A DNA stretch of 33,295 bases from Chrysochromulina tobinii (lineage: Eukaryota): the NCBI GenBank assembly GCA_001275005.1, contig JWZX01003195.1, positions 1 through 33,295 of the forward strand, in the 5' to 3' direction. This document shows positions 1 through 9,925 of this stretch, piece by piece. Position numbers and translations under genes: made by a program. Within the stretch, counting starts at the first letter, position 1. Each line of letters opens with the position of its first letter. The notes beneath the pieces were generated by a model. The model was not told the DNA's origin. It was given only the letters and a program-made list of their open reading frames with translations, and searched no databases.

Positions 1-51
1 CCCCCTTCCCCCTGCCAAATTTGTCATGTTCCGATTCCCTCAAGAGGCGGG

Positions 52-1065
52 ATGGTTCGCGTCACTATTGCCGCCGCGGCGCCTCGCGTCATCGACGCGC
101 CCATCTGGCGAGATGCTGCCGAGGCGCATCGTGCGCGCATGCTCTCGCTCATCGGCGGCTCGCTAAACGTCGACCTTTCAAATCCCATCTACAACTTCAT
201 CTTCGTGTACTACAGTTTCGACCAGAAGCTGCTGCTCCGCTATTCGCCTGGTGCGGGTGTCGTGCTCAAGGGCGTCGGCGTCAAGGAGGAAGACCTCTGG
301 ACGGGCCGCGGCTATGTTTCGTACGGAGACGGCAGCGCTCGCATGGACCCGATGCTGTGCAAGCCTTCCATGCGAAACGGCGCCGTCACCGCCGCGAGCA
401 TCATGCGGGCGACGAGCGGCCGCGCTCCGCACCTGAATTGCTACGGGCTGCACGAGTGGGCCATGCTGTACCAGCCGCCAGGATCCACCTGCCACCTCTC
501 CAAGTATCAGGAGCTGCCGCTGAGAGTCTCACAGGCGGAGCTCAACGCGGTCGTCGAGTCCATGCCGCTGGCGTGCACCCACTTTGACGCCTTTCGATTC
601 TTCACAGCGCCTGCCACGCCACTGAACACAATCTCGCCGACGCCATCGCGCGCGACGCAGGCGCAGCTCGAGCAGCCCGGCTGCGTGCACGCGTCCATGG
701 ACCTCTTCCGCTACAGCCTCAAGCTATGGCCGTGGCTCCCGGCCGAGCTCCTCGCCGATACCCTCGAGCTCGCCATCGCTTCGAGGGTGCTCGACATGCG
801 CGCGTCTCCGTATGACCTGTCGCAGTGGCAAGGAGGCGCGGCCGGCAGCTTTGACCTGAGCCCGGTGCGCATTGAGACTGCTGAGGGGCGCAAGCTGTAC
901 CAGCGCGAGCAGTCGAGGCTGGCCAGCTGGGCGCAGCCGTTGCGAGCGAGGCTGCTCCGCGAGTACGATAGCGCGATCGCCGTGTGGGAGAGCGCTGAGG
1001 CGGAGCGCTGTTCTACGTCGGAGCAGGCTGAGACGGGACTCAATGTGGGCGAGAGCGTGGGGTAG
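52..1065 (+). CDS. Uncharacterised protein of the bacterial family often annotated '3-methyladenine DNA glycosylase' (actinobacterial-type)
   Basis: 337-aa intronless ORF with motifs I recall from this family: NPIYNFIFVYYSF, CYGLHEWAMLY, CTHFDAFRFF, EQPGCVHASMDLF, DMRASPYDL. The family annotation is not a demonstrated function. Confidence 0.75.
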   Translation: MVRVTIAAAAPRVIDAPIWRDAAEAHRARMLSLIGGSLNVDLSNPIYNFIFVYYSFDQKLLLRYSPGAGVVLKGVGVKEEDLWTGRGYVSYGDGSARMDPMLCKPSMRNGAVTAASIMRATSGRAPHLNCYGLHEWAMLYQPPGSTCHLSKYQELPLRVSQAELNAVVESMPLACTHFDAFRFFTAPATPLNTISPTPSRATQAQLEQPGCVHASMDLFRYSLKLWPWLPAELLADTLELAIASRVLDMRASPYDLSQWQGGAAGSFDLSPVRIETAEGRKLYQREQSRLASWAQPLRARLLREYDSAIAVWESAEAERCSTSEQAETGLNVGESVG

Positions 1066-1335
1066 GAATCGGTGCACATGGGCAGGTATACTTGAGCTTC
1101 TCGGCACGAGAGAACTTTGTAACTTACCAAGCTTCTCGGCACGTTGGGCGGTGCGCAAATGCGTCATCTTAACCTACTCGCTGTGGCAGTCTTCACAACC
1201 TCTCAAGAGTTTCAGCCGAAACCGGGCGTCGTGTGTGGTTTCACACCGGTAAAAAGACACCGGGGGGAGCCGGGACACACACGGGACACACCGGTATGAA
1301 TGAATGAAGAACCACGAACGCGATTTCGGGGCAAA

Positions 1336-3903
1336 ATGGATGACCTCGAAGGCAACGCGGAAGACGCGCACTTCGCCTTCACGAGCGCGCTGCTGCCGAC
1401 GGGCGATCTTGCGGACGAGGCGGCGCTCGCAGTCGGGTTCACGCTCTCACCTCTCGCGCCGTTGTTCGATCGCGCCGTGCTCCATCGTGAGCCTGTGCGG
1501 TGTGCCACGTGCAAGGGCTTCCTCGGTCCGCATTGTTCCATTGAGCGCACGCGCGGCACGTGGCGCTGCGGCCTGTGCGGCGTCGAGAATCGCAATGCGA
1601 GGAGCGCAGGGCCTTCGGGCCTTTCCGACGTGGGCGACGCGGCCGAGCTGCACGAGCCTGCTGTCGAGTATGTCCTTCACGCCAGACCAGGGCAGCCGAC
1701 GATGTTGGCGGCGAGCGTCGTTGTCTTCTTCCTCGTCGACGAGACGTGCGACGAGGGTGCGCTGCGCGATCTGCTCGTCGCGGCACGCGATGCCTTGCCG
1801 CTGCTGCCGCCCGATGCGCTCGTCGGCCTGCTCAGCTTCGGGCGCGCCGTGAGCGTCTACCTGCTCGCCCAACCCGCCAGTGCTGCGGACGAGTCGTCAG
1901 TTGAGTCGTCCCCGATCGAGGCGCTCACGCTGCCCGCGTCCGACGCGCCGCTGCCGTGGGAGCTCGAGGCGCTCAACGCACGTGCCGCCCACGCGCTCGC
2001 GCCACGTCACGCGTGCTACACGAGGCTGCTCCGCGCACTCGAGGCGCTGCAGCCTCCACCGCCGCCGCCCACGTTCGCGCGCCGCCCTGCCCACGGCAGC
2101 TCCGCGTCCACGACGAGCGCCGTGTCGAGCGCGGAGCCCGCGCGCGGCCTTCTCGCCGCCATCGACATCGCCTACGCGTTGCTCTGGGAGGCGCCCAAGA
2201 CGGCGTCCAAGACTCACGTGCCGAGCGTCGTGGTGGGCGCCGAGGGATCAAGCGCCGTCTTGGGCGCCGCGGCCGTGCCTTGCTGCGAGATGGTCATCAC
2301 ACTCGCTGGCGCTCCAAATTTTGGGCGTGGCGCGCTCCCGCTGCCACCGCCGCCGCCGCCGCCGCCGCCCGACTCGTTCCTCGTTGCGTCGTCGCCGTCG
2401 TCGTCGTCGCCGTCGCCGCCACTGCCGCCGCCGCCGCCGCCGCCCGCGGCGGCGCGCATGGCGGCGCGCACGCCCGCCCGCGACGCCGCCCTCGAGGCGC
2501 TCAAAGCGACCGGTGTCCTCTTGTGCCGAGCTGGGGTGCGCGCCCACATACCTCCCTGATGGCCTCTGATGGCCTCTGATGAAATCCCTGATTGCCTCCC
2601 TCATTGCATGCAGGTGCGCGCCCACGTGACAGCGTGCGCGCCGCCCGAAGTAGCCTGTGATGTCGAGGCGCTCCGGGCGCTCGTGCTGCCGTGCGGCGGC
2701 GCAGTCGAGGTGGAGCGGCGTGCCGGTTCCGACCACGCCGCGGCGCGCCGAACGCTCACTCTGCGTGCCCATCTCGGCGCCGGAGCGCCACGCGCCGTGT
2801 CGGGCGTGCTCATGGTGCAGTGCTCGGCAGGGGTGGCCGTTGAACGAATCATTGGGCCCGCGATCGGGTTCGAGCCGTCGGATGCGCCGACTGGTGAGGA
2901 CGGTGCGCATGGGGTGTGCTATGTCGGCGTCCTCGATGCGCGGACGACCCTCACCCTGTGTCTCGACACACGCAGCGCCACGCCCGCCCCTTGCTGCCGC
3001 CGCGCTGGCGGCGGCTACGGTGGGGCCGGCGTCGGCGGCAACGCTGGGGGCGGCGGCGGCGGCGTGGTGGTGCAGGCGGCCTTGTGGTACCGAAGCCCAG
3101 GCGGGCCGCAGACGCCCCGTCAGACGCGCGTGCGTGTCTTCACAGCACAGGCGGGCCTCTGGTGTGGCTCTTCACAGCCCTCTTCACAGCCCTCGAGCAC
3201 CGATCGCGCCGCCGAGCTGAGCGCCGTGCTGAGCGCACTCGACGTGGAGGCGAGCGCGCTGCTGAGCGCGCGGCTGGCGGCCGTTGAGGCATGCAATCTC
3301 GAGAAGAGTGAGCGGACGGGCAACGCCCTCGCGCGCGCCGTCGTGGCACGTGCCAAGGCGCTCGCCGCCCGCTACGGCGTTCCGCGGCTGCGTGTGCACG
3401 AGGGCTGGCTGTGGAACTCGACCACGGTGCTCGGGTATGACGTGGCGGAGGCGCCGCTGCCCGAGCTGCTGCGCCGGCTGCATGAGGTCGCACTCGGGCC
3501 CGCCGCTGTGCGGACAGGCCGCGGGCGCGCTCAGGATGGCGCTCAGGAGCATGTGACGGCCGTGGACGTGGCCGTGGACATTGATGCTGTGCATGCGGCC
3601 CGCATTGGACTGCTCACGTTGCCAGCGAAGGAGGCGGCAAGGTGCGCGTGGCGCTCAGCGGGCGAAGGGGCATCGGCCGGCGCTCAATACGGCGCGCACG
3701 ACGTCCCTCAAGCCGGCACTCAGGCGGAGGCCATCCGGGGGCAGTCGACGCTCAGGACGACGCGCGCGCCAAGGCATGCGGCTCCCCTCGATCTTGATGG
3801 GCGCGAGGCTGAGGACGAGGAGGCCGTGGAGCACGACGCGGACGTGGAACGTTGGTGCGAGGCGTTGAAAATCTTCGGCATGCGGGAGCCGGCGCCCGGC
3901 TAG
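1336..3903 (+). CDS. Divergent Sec23/Sec24 family protein; 2 exons (1336-2535, 2614-3903); alternative start at 1300
   Basis: Sec23/24 zinc finger (PVRCATCKGFLGPHC...WRCGLCGVEN), trunk/vWA start (VVFFLVDET, LVGLLSFG, GAPNFGRG), beta-sandwich-like segment (VQCSAGVAVERIIGP, VVQAALWY, RVRVFT). ORFs 1300..2559 and 2569..3903 are in the same frame and are joined by removing intron 2536-2613. Confidence 0.8.
2536..2613 (+). mobile_element. 78-nt GT-AG intron, introner-like insertion with 13-bp direct repeat GGTGCGCGCCCAC (2535-2547 and 2613-2625)
   Basis: Donor GTGCGC, acceptor GCATGCAG, in-frame TGA inside the intron, internal CTGATGGCCT-type repeats, exact 13-bp duplication across both junctions. 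Confidence 0.75.
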
Positions 3904-4186
3904 CGAATGCGCCGGAGCTTGAGCTGCGCCGGAGAGGGCGCGGGGCGCGCCGACGGAACATAGACAAGCTGGAACGGGCGTCGCGTCACCGCCGGGTGCG
4001 GGCGAGCCGCGGACGTTTTATTATCCGCGCGTACTGCACCTGCGCTCGGCAAAGGTGCGGTGTGTGGCGTGTCCGCGCCGACAGAGATGGCTTTGGCTAT
4101 GAGCCCTATGGGTGTAATGGTGAGCCGTGTACGCTATGACGGCTTTTTCTCGGGGGCACATGCGTGAAGGGGTCTGCTCTCCTCGT

Positions 4187-6385
4187 CTACTCGAGTCGCA
4201 AAATCTGGACGCTGTGCGCTTCGGAGGGGCGGGAGCTGGGCCAGCGCCCTTCTGCGCCCTCGCGGAGGAGGGCCGTCGAGGGGCGCGAGAGTGCGCTGCC
4301 CGGGCGTGCCGAGAGCGCCGTCGTCGGGCGCGAGAGGGCGGTGGGCGGCGGCTGCAGCAGCCGCTGCCGAGCGATCTCGAGGTGGGCCACGAGCTCCTCG
4401 TGCACCTCCGCGGGCAGCGGGCTCTGCGCCCTCAGCCACTCCTCGACGGCGGCAGGCTCGAGTGCATGCGAGTGCATGAGCAGCTCAACGGCCGCGTGGC
4501 GCACGGTCGACTCCGGATCTCGCAGACCGTCCGCGCACAGCGGGAGCACGCGCCGTGCGCTCAGCACGACGCGCCGTGGGCTCAGCCCGTGGGGATGACC
4601 GCCACGGGCGGGCGGTGGCGGCACGCCATCGACAGCGGGCTCGGGTGGCTTCAGCAGCCGCAGCAGCAGTTGCAGCCGCGCCGCCTCGGCGTACCCCTGC
4701 CGACCCTCGCTCAGTACGGCGCTCCGACTGTCGACCCCGCCGCTCCCGCCGCGACTGCTGCCGTCGCCGCCGTGTCGGCTGCCGTCGCCGCCGTGTCGGC
4801 TGCCGCCGCCGCCGTGTCTGCTGCCATGGCCTTCGGTGCCGACGAGTGGACCGGAACGGAGCGGTTGCAGCAGTGCGAGGAGCATACGATGATGCGCAGC
4901 GTTCGGGTGTCCAAGCACTGCTTGCAACGCACCCATGGCGCCCTGCACCACGCGTACCGACCGTGCTCCCATGGCGTAGTGCAGAGGGGCCAGCAGGCCG
5001 AGCAGCGCGGCGCGCGCGGGCGCGAGGCTGCAGCGCGGGAGGAGCGAGCTCATCAACGGGCCGTCGATGTCGAGGAGTGTGAGGGCCGCGAGGGCGACGC
5101 GCGACTCGGGGTCTGCCAGGCCCTCGTGGAGGAGCAGCATGCAGCCGAGCAGCTGCTCATCCGGAGGCGCGCTCGCTACGACGCTCGACGTCAGGCGCAG
5201 GAAGGCCGCCGCCTCGTCCGCCTCGTCCGCCGCAGCCCCGAGGTCTTCATCGCCATCGAGAGCGGCCGCGCGCGCCCAAAAGCGCGGCGCTGACGTGTCC
5301 GCGGCCGCCTGCTCGAGCGCCGCCGCCTCCGCCTCGAGCGCCGCCGCCGCCGCGTGCAGCGCCGTCGGCCCCAGATCGTCGGTCTCGTCCTCCTCAGGCG
5401 CGCTGGACGCGGCGTTGGGCGCCGTGCTGAGCGCCGCCGTGTTGGGCGGGGTCTGTAGCAGCGCCTTGAGTCGATCGAGGGCCATCTCGCGCAGCTCGCT
5501 ACTGCCCGAACCCCACAGCGCCCCGAGATGTGCGGGGAAGCACTGCTGCAGCTGCTGCTCGCACGCTTCGGGCGTCGGAGTGAGGTACGATGGCGGCAGC
5601 TCCTCGTGCGCCCCCTCGAGGTCGTCCTCCACCTCGGCGTCGGCACGGCCGCGGCCGGTGGCTGCAGCGGCAGCGTGCTCGAGCGCGGCGATGCGGAGCA
5701 GCTCGTCCGCGCGCAGGGGTGCACTCATCTGGTGGAATTGCGCATCGAGCGAGCTGCGGCACCGCTGGAGGGCCGCGAGCACGCCGTCTAGAGCACCGTC
5801 CACAGCCGAGGTAGTGCCGCCCTCGGTGGCGCCGCCGCTGCTGCTGCTGATGCGATGTGCAGATGGCTGCTGGCTCACCGCGTCCACCAGCGCCCCGATC
5901 TGCGTCGCGTGTTCCGCCTGGGCTTGGCTCCATGCGGCGCCAAAGCTGTCGCTCGGCGTCGCGTGCTCCACCTGGGCTCGGCTCCACGCTGCGGCAAAGC
6001 TGTCGCTCGGTACCAACCCAGTGTCATCACCGTCACCATTGCCGGCACCGGTGTCGTCCGCGTCCAGCGCACTCGCCGCGTGCTGCGCACGCTTCCCGTC
6101 AGCCACCGAAGCGGCGGGAGACGTTCTCTCCCCTGCCGCTCCGCCTGTTGCAGGACGCGCAGCGGGGTCATTGCACTGCGGGAGGCTGATGACGCTGGAG
6201 GCCAGCCGGAGCGCGTCGAGGAGCGCCGTGGCCGCGACGGGTGCAACGCCACCTGAGGTGGCGGTGCCCGGCCGCGACGTGCGTGGCCGGGCCAGCTCGT
6301 CCGCGGTGCCCGTGCGAAGGTCTCGGGCGGCGCGCATGTGGCCGACGGTTGGTGAGAAGGCCTGCGTGAGTGCAGGACAACTCAT
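4187..6385 (-). CDS. HEAT-repeat/TOG-like domain protein (CEP104-TOG-like) with low-complexity N-terminus
   Basis: HEAT-like helices LWGSGSSELREMAL, LHEGLADPESRVALAAL, AMGARSVRVVQGAMGAL, LCADGLRDPESTVRHAAVELL. First in-frame ATG at 6385. Confidence 0.6.
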   Translation of the reverse strand: MSCPALTQAFSPTVGHMRAARDLRTGTADELARPRTSRPGTATSGGVAPVAATALLDALRLASSVISLPQCNDPAARPATGGAAGERTSPAASVADGKRAQHAASALDADDTGAGNGDGDDTGLVPSDSFAAAWSRAQVEHATPSDSFGAAWSQAQAEHATQIGALVDAVSQQPSAHRISSSSGGATEGGTTSAVDGALDGVLAALQRCRSSLDAQFHQMSAPLRADELLRIAALEHAAAAATGRGRADAEVEDDLEGAHEELPPSYLTPTPEACEQQLQQCFPAHLGALWGSGSSELREMALDRLKALLQTPPNTAALSTAPNAASSAPEEDETDDLGPTALHAAAAALEAEAAALEQAAADTSAPRFWARAAALDGDEDLGAAADEADEAAAFLRLTSSVVASAPPDEQLLGCMLLLHEGLADPESRVALAALTLLDIDGPLMSSLLPRCSLAPARAALLGLLAPLHYAMGARSVRVVQGAMGALQAVLGHPNAAHHRMLLALLQPLRSGPLVGTEGHGSRHGGGGSRHGGDGSRHGGDGSSRGGSGGVDSRSAVLSEGRQGYAEAARLQLLLRLLKPPEPAVDGVPPPPARGGHPHGLSPRRVVLSARRVLPLCADGLRDPESTVRHAAVELLMHSHALEPAAVEEWLRAQSPLPAEVHEELVAHLEIARQRLLQPPPTALSRPTTALSARPGSALSRPSTALLREGAEGRWPSSRPSEAHSVQILRLE
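4758..4825. repeat. 21-nt minisatellite x3 (encodes GSRHGGD/G on the minus strand)
   Basis: CTGCCGTCGCCGCCGTGTCGG units at 4758, 4779 and 4800. Confidence 0.9.
5902..6010. repeat. 54-nt diverged tandem duplication (18 aa, PSDSFxAAWSxAQxEHAT x2)
   Basis: Two copies offset by 54 nt, visible in both DNA and protein. Confidence 0.85.
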
Positions 6386-6542
6386 TTCCCCACAGCGCGG
6401 GGCGCATGCCCCGAGCTGCGGCAGGCGCGGCCTGGGAGTCGCCCCTTGATGAGGGATGTAATTGCGCCTGGAAAGGCTACAAAGACAAAACTCCCATGAA
6501 ACCCCTCCCCACCATCCATCCCGCGGGCGTCCCTTTGTCTCG

Positions 6543-7570
6543 ATGAACAAGCCGGTCGAGGCGACGGAAACCGGCCTGTTCGCCCGCATTCAGCTCGCTC
6601 CACTGGTACGCGGACACCTTGACATACCTCACAACAAGCGAATCGTGCTGGAGATTGGTGCATCAGATCGTGATACACTGGATGAGTGGCTGCCAAGATG
6701 GAATGACAGCTTCCTCTTGACCGCAGAGCCTCTCCTCGACAAATATGCACGTGGCATGGCCCGAGACAACGGGTACGCTGGTGATCAATTCCAGCCGCTT
6801 GGGCGTGCGCACCCAAATGCAATCATTCTACCCTTTGCTGTCGGCCCGAGCTCAACTCCCGTGGGCGTCACTAATTTTTACGTTGGGAGGAACGCTGGCT
6901 GCTCATCAGCGCTGCCGCTGCTACGGAACTCTTCACGTCTGTCATGGTGCAGAGCGCAGACCGAGCAGAGGGAGGTGCCCCTTGTCACGCTCGAGCGTCT
7001 CCTGACTTGGGTCGGCCCCTCGAGGCCCATTGACTTCATAAAGGTCGATGCGCAGGGGCTGGACATGGGGGTGATCGAGAGCGCAGGGCCGCTCCTCTCC
7101 CGTGTGAGAGCCTTCAGCGTCGAAGTGGTCTCGGACATCTGCGCGCCTCTCTACGAGGGGCAGCCGCAGTGCTCAGAGCGTCAGAGGTCATGCGCAGAGC
7201 ACGCGCCCTCGGCTTCGAGCCGGCGACGCCGGTTCACTGCCGACCCAAATTTGGAATCTTCCCCAGGTGGATCAAGTCGGCTTGGGTGTGCGAGCTCGAC
7301 GTGCTCTTCGTGTCGGCAGGGGCTGACCCGCGCCGGTACGCCGCCTTTCACAACCTCGGGCTCTCGGGCTGCGACGAGTTGTCGCCGCTGACAATGGCCG
7401 ATGCGCGAAATAGGAAGCTTCTTAATCAGAACCTTCCGCCCGTAGGCAAGGCACTGATGGCCGGTGCCCAAAGCTTCTACAGCCGGTCGTGGAGGGGCAG
7501 CTCGCTGCATAGCCACCTGGAAGCGTACGATTGCATCGCGGCAGACTACTTATACAAACAGATACCATGA
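6543..7570 (+). pseudogene. FkbM-like (Methyltransf_21) SAM-dependent methyltransferase, frameshifted by an 8-nt insertion at 7179-7186
   Basis: VLEIGAS, AEPLLDKY, ILPFAVG, EVPLVTLERLL, IDFIKVDAQGLD, LYEGQPQCSE in one frame, continuing as VMRRARALGFE...CELDVLF in the 7169..7570 frame. Confidence 0.75.
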
Positions 7571-8094
7571 AGTCGCAAACACGCAAACACCACAGGATAG
7601 AGGAAGAGGTCAGCTTGGTTGTAGTCAGGTACCGGTACGGACGACCGGGACGAGGCCTGGAGCAATGGCCTGGAGGACGAAGCTCGAGCGAAGATAGAAA
7701 TTCGGTCCAAGTGCATACACATTGGGTTGCTTACGTCTACAAAGGTTTAAGGTAGACCCGATCGCCGATGAGCCCGTGCCCGACCCCGACTGCCGACACG
7801 ATGATACGACTATGGCCCGACCAAAAAAGAATAGAACGCTTCTAGTACAGGCCTTACACATACAAACGCCTTACAGTACAGGGGATGTGCCCGATACAGT
7901 ACTACTGAACGGGATTGACCATACCACACCATGACCCTACCCTACCACGAGGGATGCACGACGTGAAGTTTGTCTTGGTGGGGGCGCGCAAAGCGGTCAC
8001 CTTTCCCCCCAGAGAGTCCCCCAGAGTTGCACTCAGTCGGTTGCACTCCAGTTGCACCCAGTTGCCAGGAGACGGAACGAAGGACAGCGTTCCC

Positions 8095-9228
8095 ATGGTG
8101 CAAGTGGCGCCGCAGCCGATGCAGATGGAGGTGGGCGTGGCGATGGGTGTGCCCGTGGCTCCCGTGCCCGTGGCGATGGGCATGGCGATACCGATGGAAA
8201 TGGCAACGCAGGCCTTCCAAGTGGGCGCGCAGGATCAGGTGCCGCTGCTCGACCTGCAGACAGCCAGTATCCTGGCGACCATCAACTCATTCGAGGTAAA
8301 GCAGCGTGTCAAGTTTTGGGAGACTCTCACTGGCGGCTGCTGCGAGCAGTCGAATACGTACGATTTCTTTGACGTGGCCACGGGCACTCATGTCTTCGTG
8401 GCGCAGGAGCAGAGCGAGGACTTGCTTCGCTTCTGCTGCGCACCGTACCACTCGCTATCAATCAAGTTCAAGCTCGTCAACAGCGCCGAGCGGCAATGGA
8501 TGAGCAAGGATTCGATTTATGACTTGCCGACGGCCTTTACCCTTGATCGGGAGGGGTGCCCCCACAAACCGTGCCTCGGTTGCCTGATCTGCAACGACAG
8601 GTGCAAGGACGGCTATACCATGCACGCCGGAGAACCTTTCGACCTCCCCGAGGGCACTATCGGTGATGCCACCTTTGCCTACGCGTCACAGCCAAAGTGT
8701 GGCGGCTACTTCACGCCGACGGTCAACGTGTTCAGCCGCACGCAGCCGGGCGGTGGGCCTGAGGCGTTCGCGCCGCTGTTCAAGGTCGAGGGGCCGTGTA
8801 TCTTCGGCGGGTGCTCCGAGCTGTGTTGCAGCTCCACCTTCCAGGTCTCGGGCATGTCGAAGCCTGACCAGATTGATCAGGCGCTCAAGCTCGGGGATGT
8901 GGCAATCATCAAGAAGACGAAACCGCGAGGGTTGTGCGACTGCGTGCGCGAGGCATTCTCCGACTCGGATCATTTCACTGTGACCTTCCGAGAGGGTATC
9001 GGGCTGACGCCACAGCAGAAAGCGTCGATGATGGGCGCGCTCATCCTCTCCGACTACATGTTCTTTGAGAAGGACGGCGGCATGTGCTCCTCGACCAGGA
9101 ATGGCGATGTGAAGATTACGGTCTTCGAGTGCTTTTGTTGCGGCACGACACAGCCGTGCAACGTTTACATCCCTGCCCGCAGCCTGGCGGGCGGCGCGCC
9201 ACCGACCTCGGAGTCGATGGTCCGATAA
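8095..9228 (+). CDS. Phospholipid scramblase family protein
   Basis: VKQRVKFWETLTGGCCEQSNTY, FVAQEQSE..RFCCAPYH, Cys-rich segments, FSDSDHFTVTF, QQKASMMGALILSDYMFFE. First ATG at 8095. Confidence 0.85.
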   Translation: MVQVAPQPMQMEVGVAMGVPVAPVPVAMGMAIPMEMATQAFQVGAQDQVPLLDLQTASILATINSFEVKQRVKFWETLTGGCCEQSNTYDFFDVATGTHVFVAQEQSEDLLRFCCAPYHSLSIKFKLVNSAERQWMSKDSIYDLPTAFTLDREGCPHKPCLGCLICNDRCKDGYTMHAGEPFDLPEGTIGDATFAYASQPKCGGYFTPTVNVFSRTQPGGGPEAFAPLFKVEGPCIFGGCSELCCSSTFQVSGMSKPDQIDQALKLGDVAIIKKTKPRGLCDCVREAFSDSDHFTVTFREGIGLTPQQKASMMGALILSDYMFFEKDGGMCSSTRNGDVKITVFECFCCGTTQPCNVYIPARSLAGGAPPTSESMVR

Positions 9229-9479
9229 GCTATGCGCGCCATGCGCTGATAAGCTATCACAAGCAGTGCACCGAGCGCTTTGGCGAAGGATTCGAAGTCG
9301 GTGTGCTTGGTGGCGAACATCACGACGAGGAGCAGGCGGACGGAGCAGCAGCGCATGCAAAATGCGTGCGATTGCGCCAACGAATGACGTGCGAGACCCG
9401 GAAGTGCGCAGCTCAGAGTAAACGAATGGTTTTGTTTCCTTTTTTATCGAGTAAGCAACTCCGACGCACTGGAATTTGG

Positions 9480-9925
9480 TCACATACTAGCTAGCAGCTG
9501 TAAAAACATGTCGCTGCCAGGAATGCGCGCGGCGATGAAGTTGATGGACTCGCCGTCGAATGGTGCCAGGCCATACATGTGGAAGAGACGGTAAGCGGCG
9601 CTAACTCGCATCTCGTCTTGTTTTCTACGTGGGCGGCCTCCAACGCGTGCCACGCTGTGCCATCAGCGACGATGGATACATTGGACAATGGCAAGCGCAC
9701 CCCACCTTCTTCGACCAGCAAGGCGATTGGGGCGTCCAGGCGTTTGCTGACAAGGTCCAAGACATCAGCGATTGCTAGGTCCCTATCGACCTCGATCACG
9801 GTTGAGCATGGTCCGTTCTCATTGATGATCTTAGGCTCCTCTCGATGCACGTAAAGCGTCACAAAGTCAGAGTAGGCAAGCGGCAGAAGAATCAACGTGA
9901 GGAGGATCACGCATGGCCCGCTCAT
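9480..9925 (-). pseudogene. Frameshifted, truncated class II aldolase/adducin-family gene with N-terminal signal peptide
   Basis: Restoring 1 nt near 9600 gives KTRCELAAAYRLFHMYGL..INFIAARIPGSDMFL, which matches the first helix and strand of aldolase II/adducin heads. The stop follows about 7 codons later. Confidence 0.6.

Noticed and set aside
2557..2559. Selenocysteine or readthrough at the TGA between the two Sec23/24 ORFs
   Set aside because: The stop lies inside a well-formed intron and no SECIS was identified.
9165..9380. Small minus-strand ORF (MRCCSVRLLLVVMF...) and the GATAAGCTAT direct repeat at 9224 and 9248
   Set aside because: Short, overlaps the scramblase 3' end and has no recognisable homology; too weak to call.
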